A DNA stretch of 64,000 nt, taken from NCBI GenBank assembly GCA_963847625.1, contig CAWKAR010000060.1, positions 32,001-96,000 of the forward strand. The letters run 5' to 3'. Source of the DNA: a candidate division FCPU426 bacterium. Its GTDB lineage: Bacteria > Oederibacteriota > Muellerivitia > Muellerivitales > Muellerivitaceae. Under the pieces are notes generated by a model, which had not been told where the DNA came from, did no database searches, and was given only the letters and a program-made list of their open reading frames with translations. This document shows positions 19,605 to 30,000 of the stretch, one piece after another (position 1 is the stretch's first letter; each line of letters opens with the position of its first letter). The translations under genes were made by a program, and so were the position numbers.

Positions 19605-20434
19605 GGGCACGGGTTCCCAAACGCAGGCTGGGCATCGTCGGCTGCGGGGCCATTGGCTCGGTTGTGGCGGCCTCCCTGGAAAAACGCAAATCCTCTTTCC
19701 AAGTCACAGCGGTTTATGACGTAGCGCCCGCCGCGGCCCGAATACTTTCAAACCGGTTGAAATCCAAACCCGCCGTCTGCCGAAACCTCGTTTCTTTATT
19801 CCCGAAATGCGATTGGGTCCTGGAAGCGGCCTCCGTCAAGGCGGTCCCCGGGATCGCGGTGGAATGCTTGAAACGCCGTAAAAACATCGTGCTCATGAGT
19901 ACCGGGGGTTTCCTTCTCAACCGGGAACGCCTGACAGCCCTGGCCCGCCGGTTCCGCACCAAGATTTACCTGCCCTCCGGCGCTCTCTGCGGCTTGGACG
20001 GGCTCAAGGCGGCCCGGCAGGTCGGGAAACTGGATTCCTTCCAAATCACCTCTACAAAGCCCCCGGCCGGCTTTCTGGGCGCTCCCGGCCTGACCCCGGG
20101 GCAAAAAAGAAAACTCTTAACGGCAAAAAAGCCTTTTTACCTGTACCAAGGGGATGTCTGGGGCGCCATCCGCCGTTTTCCCGCCAATGTGAACGTGGCC
20201 GCGACCATGGCCTTGGCCTCCGGCGCCCCGAAACGGCTAAAGGTCCGTGTCGTGGCGGATCCCCGTGTTAAACTCAACCAACACGAGATCCGCGCCACTG
20301 GTGACTTCGGGGAGTTGGAGGCTGTGACCCGGAACCGGCCCTCCTCCCTGAACCCCAAAACCAGCGCCCTCGCGATCCAGGCGGCCTTGGCGCTTTTCGA
20401 GCGGTTGGAAAGTTACGTTGAAGTGGGAACTTGA
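19601..20434 (+). CDS. nadX: L-aspartate dehydrogenase
   Basis: GIVGCGAIG, EAAS, LPSGALCGLDG, FPANVNVAAT, NPKTS.LA; coupled to nadA. Confidence 0.88.
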   Translation: MRARVPKRRLGIVGCGAIGSVVAASLEKRKSSFQVTAVYDVAPAAARILSNRLKSKPAVCRNLVSLFPKCDWVLEAASVKAVPGIAVECLKRRKNIVLMSTGGFLLNRERLTALARRFRTKIYLPSGALCGLDGLKAARQVGKLDSFQITSTKPPAGFLGAPGLTPGQKRKLLTAKKPFYLYQGDVWGAIRRFPANVNVAATMALASGAPKRLKVRVVADPRVKLNQHEIRATGDFGELEAVTRNRPSSLNPKTSALAIQAALALFERLESYVEVGT

Positions 20435-20453
20435 CGAGGAAGGGAACTACTCT

Positions 20454-21398
20454 GTGCCCAGCGCCATAATCATCAAGGGACTTTCCAAGACCTATAAGAC
20501 CGGATTTTGGCTTAAGCCAAAAGTCACCCATGCCCTGAAATCCCTTACCCTCGAGATCCGTGAGAGGGAAGCTTTCGGGCTTTTGGGGTTGAATGGGGCC
20601 GGAAAAACGACCGCCATCAAGCTGGTCCTGGGCCTTTTAAAACCTACCACGGGTGACATCACGGTCTTGGGCGGGCGTATCTCGGACCGGGCGATCCGGG
20701 AGAAGGTCGGTTACCTGCCCGAGATGCCTTATTTCTCGAAACAACACACCGGGCGTGAAATCCTCAAGTACTTCGGTTCCCTCTACGGTCTTTCCGGAAA
20801 AGCCTTGTCCTACCGGGTGGACGAGGTGTTGGACCTAGTCCGGATGACGAATGCCGCCAACCAAAGGGTATCCGGATATTCCAAGGGAATGCAGCAGCGC
20901 ATCGGGATCGGCCAGGCCCTGATCGGAAAACCCCTCCTGTTGATATGCGACGAGCCTATGAGCGGCCTGGACCCTGTGGGTTACAAGGAAATGCGCGACA
21001 TCTTCCTGGACCTGAAAAAAACCGGAACAACCATTTTCCTGAATACCCATATCCTGGACGAAGTCGAGAGGATTTGTGACCGCGTCGGGGTCCTGCACGA
21101 GGGGGTCCTCGCGGATATGACCCCAGTCGCCAGCATCATGGAATCCTCGATCCCGGTTGATTACTGGGTGGACGTTCCTCCCACGGAGGCGGCCAAGCTC
21201 ATCGGAATGCCGTTCCAGGAATCCATCGCCAAGGCCGGTGGAATCCAGGTGGCGGGTTTGGTCCTCCCGGAAACACTCACCTTACTGACCGCCCGAAGGG
21301 CCGTCATCAAGGGTATCCGGCCCCTTTCCTCCCTGGTGGAGGCCTATTTCCTGAAAACCATCGGCGCCGTTTCATCCACGGCACCGGGGAGGCGCTGA
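20454..21398 (+). CDS. ABC transporter ATP-binding protein (PilH-like)
   Basis: Walker A GLNGAGKTT, signature YSKGMQQRIG, Walker B LICDEP, H-loop NTH. Confidence 0.9.
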   Translation: MPSAIIIKGLSKTYKTGFWLKPKVTHALKSLTLEIREREAFGLLGLNGAGKTTAIKLVLGLLKPTTGDITVLGGRISDRAIREKVGYLPEMPYFSKQHTGREILKYFGSLYGLSGKALSYRVDEVLDLVRMTNAANQRVSGYSKGMQQRIGIGQALIGKPLLLICDEPMSGLDPVGYKEMRDIFLDLKKTGTTIFLNTHILDEVERICDRVGVLHEGVLADMTPVASIMESSIPVDYWVDVPPTEAAKLIGMPFQESIAKAGGIQVAGLVLPETLTLLTARRAVIKGIRPLSSLVEAYFLKTIGAVSSTAPGRR

Positions 21399-21399
21399 A

Positions 21400-22176
21400 A
21401 TGAACCGAATCCTCAGGGTTTGCGGTTATACCTTCCGGGAACTGGTCCGAAGCAAGATGCTATACGTCTGGATCATCAGCGTGGTGGTGCTTTCCGGGCT
21501 GGCTTTCCTTCTTTCCCTTTTGAGTTTCGGGGAAGTCCATAAGATCTTCATGGACCTGGGGTTGGTGGGCATGGAGGTGACCGGTTTGATCGTGCTTTTA
21601 TTGAGCCTGGCCGTGACCTACTCGACCGACATGGACCAGAAGGCTATTTATCTCCAAATGGCCAAGCCGATCACCCGGGGTGAATACCTGATGGGCCGGG
21701 TCCTGGGCTTTTTCCTCGTGAACACCCTGGTGGTAGTTGGAATGGGCGCGATGGTCGTGTGCCTGGTTGTTTTTGTCGGGGGAGGCCAGGTTCCCCCTCT
21801 TTTTTACGCCTGCGCGGCCTTCACCCTCCTTGAATTATTTCTCCTGACGGTGCTGGGCCTGACCTTCCAGATGATCGCCACTTCCATGGTGGGTGTTTTT
21901 CTTTACACCTTTTTCGCTATTTTCCTGGGTCACTTGATCGGGGAGGTCCAATGGCTTCTCCAACAGCAATTGGCCCCGTTCCTGAGGCACCTTCTCCAGG
22001 TCATCTATTATTGCCTGCCAAACCTGGAAATTTTCAACCTCAAGGACCGGCTTTATGACCCCGCCCTCATCCTGGGCTGGCCGCAGTGGAGGGAAGTCCT
22101 CCTCTACACCTTCGCCTATTCCTTCGTGGTCTTCCTCATCGGATGGATCAACCTGGAAAAAAGGGAATTCCGTTGA
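21400..22176 (+). CDS. ABC-2 type permease (PilI-like)
   Basis: About 6 hydrophobic segments, TFRE..R, KPI.R.EY..GR, LPNLE.FN, C-terminal KREF. Confidence 0.85.
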   Translation: MNRILRVCGYTFRELVRSKMLYVWIISVVVLSGLAFLLSLLSFGEVHKIFMDLGLVGMEVTGLIVLLLSLAVTYSTDMDQKAIYLQMAKPITRGEYLMGRVLGFFLVNTLVVVGMGAMVVCLVVFVGGGQVPPLFYACAAFTLLELFLLTVLGLTFQMIATSMVGVFLYTFFAIFLGHLIGEVQWLLQQQLAPFLRHLLQVIYYCLPNLEIFNLKDRLYDPALILGWPQWREVLLYTFAYSFVVFLIGWINLEKREFR

Positions 22177-22910
22177 GGACCCAGCCGGTCTATAACCGGT
22201 TCATGCGGTGGGCTCCGGTATTCCTCGTCGCCGCCTTTCTCGTCCAGGCGGTGCTCTCCCAACGCCTGCAATCCTGGGTCCACCCGGTCGCCTTTGATGC
22301 GGGGCAGGTCCAGCATATGGACAAAAAAACCGCCTCCACGGTCCGTGCGCTGGCGTTCCTGGGGGGCTTCAAGGTCCTGGTGGGTCACCTTTTTTGGATC
22401 CAGGTCATCCAGTATTACGGGGATATCGATAACTCCTTGGACCGGTACTCGAAATTATTCGATTACTGCAACTTGGCGTCGGATTTGAACCCGCAGTTCG
22501 TTCCCATCTACACCTACGGCGCGGCCGCCCTGGCCTTCCACCTGAAACGAATCGGCCAAGCCGAGGAACTTCTCCAGAAAGGAGTGACCAATAATCCGAA
22601 AGAAAACCGTTTGAAATTCATGATGGCGGCCATCCTTTACCAGCACGCGGAAAATTACGAGAAGGTGATCCCTTTCCTGGAAGCCCAGATTGAAAGGGGG
22701 GACGCGCCTGACATGCTGGTGAATATCCTGGCCAATACCTACATGAAAGCGAGCAAGTACGGCGACGCTATCCGCCTCTGGAAAAAAATTCTCCGGAATT
22801 CGGATACGGACCAGCAGAAGATTGAGGCTGGTGAAAAACTCCAGGAACTCTATATCACCATAAAAAAATTACAGCAAAATGTAACGACACAGGGGGATAC
22901 CGTTCCCTAA
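22173..22910 (+). CDS. Membrane-anchored TPR-like protein (PilG-like)
   Basis: N-terminal TM segment, LFWIQVIQYYG, L.P.F...Y..G, helical repeats; TTG start overlaps the permease stop (alternative ATG 22203). Confidence 0.65.
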   Translation: MRTQPVYNRFMRWAPVFLVAAFLVQAVLSQRLQSWVHPVAFDAGQVQHMDKKTASTVRALAFLGGFKVLVGHLFWIQVIQYYGDIDNSLDRYSKLFDYCNLASDLNPQFVPIYTYGAAALAFHLKRIGQAEELLQKGVTNNPKENRLKFMMAAILYQHAENYEKVIPFLEAQIERGDAPDMLVNILANTYMKASKYGDAIRLWKKILRNSDTDQQKIEAGEKLQELYITIKKLQQNVTTQGDTVP

Positions 22911-22987
22911 GTCCCAAAATACAAATTCGAAAGGGCAATCCAAACACACCCCTGTCTTTCACCCGAGCTTATCCACGAGGACTTTCG

Positions 22988-23941
22988 ATGATTCACCTCC
23001 TGACCTTAAACCCCGCCTTAGACCTGTTCCTGGGCCTGAAAGAGCCTTCCCAAGGGAAGATTGGGGAAGCTGGCTCCCCCACGGTTACTGCCGGGGGAAA
23101 AGCCCTGAATATCGCCCGTTTTATGGGAAAATGGGGGGTAAGGCACCGCGTTTGGCTTGGGACTGGAGGGGGTTCTGATCCCACCCATGTTCTTTACCGT
23201 GCCCTTCTGAAAAGGGAGGGAATCCCCGTAAGTTTCTTGAGCAAAACCGCCCGCATCCGCTGGAATGTGGTGGTTCACCGGAATAACCGCTCACAAAAGT
23301 ACAACCACCCCGGATACCGGCTGGAATCCAGAATTTTTTCTAATCTTAAAAACCAGGTCAGAAAAAATGATTACCTTGTTTTAACCGGCCGGCTTCCCCA
23401 GGGAATGAATACCTCGCTTTATGCCCATTGGATCCGTTTCTTTAACCGGAAAGGTGTTAAAACAATCGTGGACACCTCGGGTAAAGCGTTACGTGAGGCT
23501 TTGAAGGCTACCCCCTGGTTCTTTAAGATTAATCTTTATGAGCTGTCGGAGGCCTTGGGCCGAAGGATTACCCAACTGGGTCCTGTACCAGCCCTGGTGA
23601 AAAAACAGTTCCTAAAAAGGGGCCTTACCCATGGATCTGTTACGGATGGACCCCGGGGAGCGGTTATTTGGAGAGGGAAAGAAATTCTCCGGGTTGAAAG
23701 CACACTGAAGGTGAAAAACAACCTGGTGGTCGGAGCGGGAGACGGATTCCTGGCAGGTTACTTGAAAGGTTTTGCCGGCGGAAAATCTTTTATGGATTGC
23801 GCCCGTCTGGCTTCCGCCTCGGGGACAGCAGTAGCCTCGAAGGGAATTGATGGTTTCGATTCAAAAGGAGTTGTCTGGCAAATGAAGTTTGTTCACGTTA
23901 GTAAATTAAGAACTTTTAACAAAACTAAAGCTCTACTATGA
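22988..23941 (+). CDS. 1-phosphofructokinase-like PfkB carbohydrate kinase
   Basis: TLNPALD, AGGKALNIA, GRLPQG, VDTSG, KIN..EL, VGAGDGFLAG. Confidence 0.88.
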   Translation: MIHLLTLNPALDLFLGLKEPSQGKIGEAGSPTVTAGGKALNIARFMGKWGVRHRVWLGTGGGSDPTHVLYRALLKREGIPVSFLSKTARIRWNVVVHRNNRSQKYNHPGYRLESRIFSNLKNQVRKNDYLVLTGRLPQGMNTSLYAHWIRFFNRKGVKTIVDTSGKALREALKATPWFFKINLYELSEALGRRITQLGPVPALVKKQFLKRGLTHGSVTDGPRGAVIWRGKEILRVESTLKVKNNLVVGAGDGFLAGYLKGFAGGKSFMDCARLASASGTAVASKGIDGFDSKGVVWQMKFVHVSKLRTFNKTKALL

Positions 23942-23990
23942 ACAACTATTAATAAAATCAGTAATTCTTAAGTCTAAAAGGCGTCAAGCA

Positions 23991-24186
23991 AAACCTAATC
24001 CTTTGCCACGGATTCAGGGGATGTGCCGATTCACCCCTAAAGCAGTCAAGGAAATCGTTACTATACCGAACTTTCATTGAAAGCTTTAATGAGGTTCGGC
24101 ATGCATTTAGATTGGGCTAAGAAAAAAGGCTTTAAATATTTATGTTTATTAAATCCCATGAATCCCATGCATCCGTGGCTAGGTTT
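23991..24186. repeat. Palindromic intergenic element GCCACGGAT...ATCCGTGGC
   Basis: AAACCTA..GCCACGGATTCAGGGGAT (23991-24022) is inverted against AAATCCCATGAATCCCATGCATCCGTGGCTAGGTTT (24151-24186). Confidence 0.7.
24023..24103 (-). repeat. Double-hairpin element, copy 1
   Basis: Reverse complement: CATGCCGAAC-loop-GTTCGGTATA GTAACGATTT-loop-AATCGGCAC. Confidence 0.8.
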
Positions 24187-24283
24187 ATTTTGAACAGGTT
24201 AGAATTTTGTTAGTGTCTCTAAGTTGATCTACATACAAACCATAATGTTTAGTTAAACCGAATTCTAGTACCGGGAATAACTC

Positions 24284-25570
24284 TTGAATCTCGAAAACAG
24301 GGTCATCTATTCAGTCGCGGAAATAATCCAGACAGCCCGGGCGCTCCTGGAAGCCAAGTTCCCCCATGTGTTGGTGGAAGGGGAAATCGGCGAATACACC
24401 CTCGCCCCCTCCGGCCACATGTACTTCAACCTTAAAGACCAGAAGTGCGCCCTCTCCTGCGCCTTTTTCAAGGGCAACAACCAGGCCCTGGCCTTCAAGC
24501 CGGAAGCCGGAATGAAAGTCATTGCGGGGGGAGTCCTTACCCTTTACGAGCGCAACAGCAAGTTCCAACTCAACGTCCGCACCTTGGAGCCCAAAGGCGT
24601 TGGAGCCCTTCAAATTGCCTTCGAACAGTTAAAGAAAAAGTTGATGGAGGAAGGCCTTTTCGAGGAGGAGAGGAAGAAACCCATCCCGGAATTTCCCCAA
24701 CGGATCGCTTTGATAACCTCCCCGAGCGGAGCGGCTATCCAGGATTTTATGAAAATTTTGGAAACCCGGGTCGGGATCGAGGAAGTGGAGCTTTTCCCTG
24801 TGAAAGTACAAGGAACTGAAGCTCCTGGCGAAATTAAAGCCGCCATCGAGGAAGTATCCCGCCAGGCCTCCCATGATGTCCTGATTCTCACCCGCGGCGG
24901 GGGCAGCTTGGAAGATCTTGCCGCCTTTAATGACGAGGGGGTCGTCCGCGCCCTGGCGGAATGCTCCATCCCCACCATCAGCGCCATTGGACATGAGGTG
25001 GATTTCACCCTCTGTGATTTCGTGGCCGACCGCCGGGAGCCGACTCCCACCGCCGCCGCGTCCCATTTAACCCCAGGCCGGGATGAGATAAAGGACCAAC
25101 TCGATAACCTGCGCCACAGGCTCCAGGAAGCTTTGGGAAACAATATTGAGTTGAAGAAGCGCGACTTAAGAGAATTGTTGAAAACCTTGAGGGAACGCCG
25201 CCCGGCTTTCTTATTGGACCAAGCCAGGCAGGATCTTGATTCCCGGGTGGAGGAGCTAAAACAGCTTCTTCAGGACAATCTCCAGGAAAAACAACAACGG
25301 CTCAACCGACTCAGCGACATTTTGGCCCGGACCACGCCCCTGCAGTTAATCAAGCCTTACCGGGAACGGCTTCTGGGACTCCAAGCCCAAATGGAGGCCT
25401 ACCATCCTTACGGCCCCTTGAAGCGGGGTTATGCCATCGTGACCCAAAAGAAAACGGGGAAGATTTTAAGATCGCCCAAGGGCTTGGAAGCGGGGGAGAG
25501 GCTTCGTATCCGCCTCGAAAAAGGCTCTTTAGAATCGGATGTGGTTTCAACCGACCCCAATTCCCAATAA
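24284..25570 (+). CDS. xseA: Exodeoxyribonuclease VII large subunit
   Basis: VEGEI, SGHMYF.LKD, ITSPSGAAIQD, RGGGSLEDL..FN, SAIGHEVD, PTPTAAA, LKRGYA. Confidence 0.96.
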   Translation: MNLENRVIYSVAEIIQTARALLEAKFPHVLVEGEIGEYTLAPSGHMYFNLKDQKCALSCAFFKGNNQALAFKPEAGMKVIAGGVLTLYERNSKFQLNVRTLEPKGVGALQIAFEQLKKKLMEEGLFEEERKKPIPEFPQRIALITSPSGAAIQDFMKILETRVGIEEVELFPVKVQGTEAPGEIKAAIEEVSRQASHDVLILTRGGGSLEDLAAFNDEGVVRALAECSIPTISAIGHEVDFTLCDFVADRREPTPTAAASHLTPGRDEIKDQLDNLRHRLQEALGNNIELKKRDLRELLKTLRERRPAFLLDQARQDLDSRVEELKQLLQDNLQEKQQRLNRLSDILARTTPLQLIKPYRERLLGLQAQMEAYHPYGPLKRGYAIVTQKKTGKILRSPKGLEAGERLRIRLEKGSLESDVVSTDPNSQ

Positions 25571-25657
25571 TTTTCTGTACCGAGTTTCCCACCAGCATTG
25601 GCAATAACCCATTAAACGGAGCGGAACCCAGTACGCAGGGCTGGCCGCCCGAGGCTA

Positions 25658-25756
25658 CATGCCGACCTACCATAAAACTGTTCAGGGGTCGGTATAGTAC
25701 CGATTTCCTCCATTTATCCCGGCTATAGCCGGGACCAAAAATAGATAAATCGGCAC
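25658..25756 (+). repeat. Double-hairpin element, copy 2 (extra CCCGGCTATAGCCGGG palindrome in loop 2)
   Basis: CATGCCGACC-loop-GGTCGGTATA GTACCGATTT-loop-AAATCGGCAC. Confidence 0.8.
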
Positions 25757-25783
25757 AAGCCGCGAGGGCGAAGCCTGCCAGTG

Positions 25784-25860
25784 CATGCCAGCCCACCATA
25801 AAGCATTTAAAGTGGCTGGTATAGCACCGATCTCAATATCTTTTTAAGGTAGATCAGCGC
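25784..25860 (+). repeat. Double-hairpin element, copy 3
   Basis: CATGCCAGCC-loop-GGCTGGTATA GCACCGATCT-loop-AGATCAGCGC. Confidence 0.75.
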
Positions 25861-25885
25861 AGATTTAAATGAAATCTGTGCCACG

Positions 25886-26920
25886 AACCCAGTGCAGGAG
25901 GTCGTGAACCCAGTTCCGGGAGTGGGCTAACCCAGTTCCTGGGGAGATAACCCAGTTCCGAGAATTGAGCTAACCCAGTTCCAGGGTCAGCAACCCAGTT
26001 CCAGAGGAGATAAACTGCCCACATTCCCGGTGGCATCCGTCGGCAAGGGGGATAAACTGCCCACATTCCCGGGAACACCCGTCGGAAAGGGGAGATAAAC
26101 TGCCCACATTTCCGGTGTCATCTGCCGGAAGGGGAGATAAACTGCCCACATTTCCGTCGGTAACCCAGGATAACCTGGTGACACCTACTATATAAACGGC
26201 TTGGAATCCATTAAACGGGACGGAACCCATTAAACGGAGCCGGGCGAATCCATTAAACGGAGCCGGGCTAATCCGTTAAACGGGACGGAACCCAGTTCCC
26301 GGGGTCACGAACCCAATACGCAGGAGGATAAACCGCCCACATTTCCGGGAACATCCATCGGAAAGAGGAGATAAACTGCCCACATTCCCAGTGTCATCTG
26401 CTGGCAGGGGAAGATAAACTGCCCACATTTCCGGTTCCATCTGCCGGAAGGGAGGATAAACCGCCCACATTCCCAGTTCCAAGGGGCACGAACCCAGTTC
26501 ACGGAGGGGCGAACCCAGTTCCGGAAGTGTGCTAACCCAGTTCCAGAGGAGATAACCCGCCCACATTTCCGTCGGCACCCGTCGGAAAGGGGAGATAAAC
26601 TGCCCACATTTCCGGTTCTATCTGCCGGAAGGGAGGATAACCCGCCTACAAACCCAGTGTCATTTGCCGACAGGGGGGATAAACTGCCCACATTCCCGGT
26701 GTCATCTGCCGACAGTGGGAGATAAACCGCCCACATTTCCGGTCATCTACCGACAGGGGAGGATAACCCGCCCACATCCCTGCCCGCAGGCGTCGGAGTC
26801 CTGCCCGCAGACGTCAGGGGTCCTGCCCGCAGAAACCGGTAGCCCTGACCGCAGATGCTGGGGGTCCTGCCCGCCGAGGTCGGTAGCCCTGACCGCACGG
26901 GCTGGATTCACTGCCCGCAT
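25886..26920 (+). repeat. Non-coding mosaic tandem array of four motifs with ~21/42 bp periodicity
   Basis: 14x GATAA(A/C)C(T/C)GCCCACATT(T/C)CC, about 12x AACCCAGTTCC, 4x AA(T/C)CC(A/G)TTAAACGG, 7x CCTG(C/A)CCGCA. Confidence 0.92.
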
Positions 26921-27077
26921 AGGGGGGGTAACTTGCCGCTACCCCTGAAAATCCATTGAAGACTCCTAATTTTTGGATTAAATCGGCTTTTTACCGTCTA
27001 TAGGGTGTGAAAAGAAATACCCCTTGTATATAGAACGTGGGAAAATTAGCTATATCCGGCTAAACGTGGACGGTCAA

Positions 27078-30000
27078 ATGATTAAGAAGAACGTATTCCG
27101 CAATAGGTTGCGTTTTTTAAATGCAGGTCTATTTGCCTGCGTCATCTTAGTTTTTGGAATGGGTTTGGTTGCCACAACCCATAACAGTTCTTTCCCCGTA
27201 ACAAAAAAATCCAATGCTTCTTCCAAAGCCCAACTTGATGCAGGCACTCGCTTGAAACTCAATCAGAATTACGGCCACATCCCCCTTTATTTCGAACCCA
27301 ATGAGGGTCAAACCGATCCTCAAGTTAAGTTCATTTCCAGGGGAAGCGGCTATACCTTCTTTATTACGCCCGCCGAAGCGGTATTTGTCCTTAAACATGG
27401 AGGGCCTAAAGATTTATCGCAGAAAACCGGAAGACTTGGTCATAAATTCCCAATTCCTAATTCCTCATTCCAAATTGGTTCTCCAGATGTTTTACGCCTG
27501 AGGCTCGAAGGTGGTAACCGCATGGCCGAATTCGAAGGGATGGAAAAGGCGGAAGGGAAGAGTAATTACTTTATCGGAAACGACCGTTCCAAGTGGCATA
27601 CCAACATTGCTAACTACACTAAAGTGAAGATAAAGGAAGTCTATCCCGGCATCGACATGGTGTATTACGGCGCGCAGCGAAAGCTGGAGTACGACTTCGA
27701 GGTTAAACCTGGAGCGGACCCAAGTGTCATTGGTCTCAGTAACCAGGGTGCCAAAAATGCTGAGGTGGACAGCCAAGGGAATTTGATATTCCACATGGCC
27801 CAAGGAGATGTGGCCTTCAAGGCTCCGATTGTTTACCAAGAACAAGGCGCTGGAAAAACCAAGATTGATGGCGCCTACAAGATTAGGGCGGACGGAAAGA
27901 TCGGTTTTGAAACGGGGAACTATGATAAAACCCTTCCCCTGGTGATCGATCCCCAATTAGATTATTCGACTTATTTGGGTGGAAGCTCAAGTGATCAAGG
28001 CTCAGCCATCGCTGTGGATGGGTCGGGAGATGCTTATGTGACGGGTGATACATATTCAATGGATTTTCCCACATCCAGTGGCGCCTATCAGACGGCATTG
28101 GGTGGAACCGGAGTTTCAAACGCATTTATTTCGAAACTGAATGCCACAGGAAGCGCCTTAATCTATTCGACCTACCTTGGTGGGAATGGGGGGGAATCGG
28201 GTCACGGTATCGCGGTGAATGGATCGGGGAACGCTTATGTGACGGGTTATACGACTTCGACGAATTTCCCCACTACCACCGGGGCCTATCAGACGACATT
28301 GGGAAGCGCTGGAGTCACGAATGCTTTTGTTACGGAGATTAATTCCTCTGGGAACGCCCTGGTGTATTCGACTTATTTAGGTGGGAGTGAAAGCGATTAT
28401 GGATGTAGCATTGCGGTGGATGGGACGGGGAATGCATATGTGACGGGCGCATCGGGTTCAAATTTTCCCACGACCACTGGAGCCTTTCAAACGGTTTGTA
28501 GTGGTTCTGCTGCTTTTATCACGAAACTAAATCCTGCGGGAAATATGCTGGTCTATTCGACTTATCTTGGCGGAACCGGAGGGGATATCGGTTTTAGCAT
28601 TGCATTGGACGGGTCGGGGAACGCGTATGTGACGGGATGTACGGGTTCAACGGATTTTCCAACCAGCAGTGGGGCATATCAGACAACTAATAACAGTGCA
28701 CCTGGAAACGGAAACGGTTTTATTACGAAGCTCAATTCCTCGGGGACCAGCTTAATCTATTCGACATATTTGGGCGGGAGTGGGGGCCTACAGGCCCGTG
28801 GCATCGCAGTGGATGGGACAGGGAATGTATATGTGACGGGATTAACAAACGGAAATTTCTCGGTTGGAGGCCCCATTGTAAATTTTCCCACGACCAGCGG
28901 AGCCTTTCAGACGGTGTTTGGTGGTGGTATTTTTAACGCTTTTGTTACGAAGCTTAATTCTATAGGAAGCGCTTTAGTTTATTCTACTTATCTGGGCGGG
29001 AACTTGGAGGATATTGGTACCGGCATCGTTTTAGATGGGTTGGGAGACGCTTATGTGACGGGCGATGCTGAATCATCGAATTTTCCCACGACCAGTGGGG
29101 CCTATCTGACGGCTAAGACCGGCAATATGTCTTTTTTGACAGAGTTGAATACGACAGGAAGCAACCTGATCTATTCAACATTATTGAGCGGGTCACAATG
29201 GTTTATTGAAGGAGGTGTCGCTTTAGACGCACAAGGCAATGTTTATGTGACAGGATATACATCATCAACTAATTACCCTGCGACAGACGGGGCTTATCAG
29301 ACGACTTTTGGAGGTGTTGAGGATGCTTATGTGGTCAAACTTGATGCTTCGGATTTTTATACTGACACCCCTACTATCACATCCACTATGACCACCACCC
29401 CAACCCCGACGAATTCCAGTACATCAACCGAAACACCTACCGTTACCTATAGTCCGTCGCCGACTAGCACCGCAACCGACACATCTACTGCCACAAACTC
29501 ATCCACGGTTACAAATACCTCATCGTCAACGAATACACCCACAGTAACCAACACCTTTACTTCAACAAGTTCCCCGTCGCCGACCAACACTTTTACTATT
29601 ACCAATACCCCGACGATTACTTACAGCCAGACTCCTACAAACACCTCAAGTAACACACCTACATCCGCAAATACATCCACCCCAACGAGCACTTACACGA
29701 TGACGGATACCCCAACCCCTTCTTTCACTCCATCCAATACGTACACGACCACACCAACCGGCACTCCCATGGAAACGATGACCCCAACAGTTTCAAATAC
29801 CCCGACCTCGACATCGCTTCCCTCCTGCGATGAGTTCTCCATCTCGAAAAACGCGTTTTTCCCGTCCAACGGGTCAGTATCGATCATTGTTTCCTATTGC
29901 CAGTATCCAGGCGCCTATTTCCTGGCGATTTATAATTCCGCCGGGGAACACATCAAAACTCTGGATGCGCGACATTTGGAAGGCCCGATTGCCACTTCTT

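Noticed and set aside
26009..26780. CRISPR array (20 bp repeat with ~22 bp spacers)
   Set aside because: The spacers are homologous to each other, the repeat is short and degenerate, blocks are interrupted by other motifs, and no cas genes are in the window
25854..26948. Short ORFs with repeated MWAVYL / NVGSLSPL peptides
   Set aside because: The same peptides appear in several frames because the unit length is 41-43 bp; they are by-products of the DNA repeat
27950..29350. DNA-level repeats in the SBBP gene as DGR template/variable regions
   Set aside because: Differences look synonymous and not adenine-specific, and no reverse transcriptase is present; ordinary protein repeats
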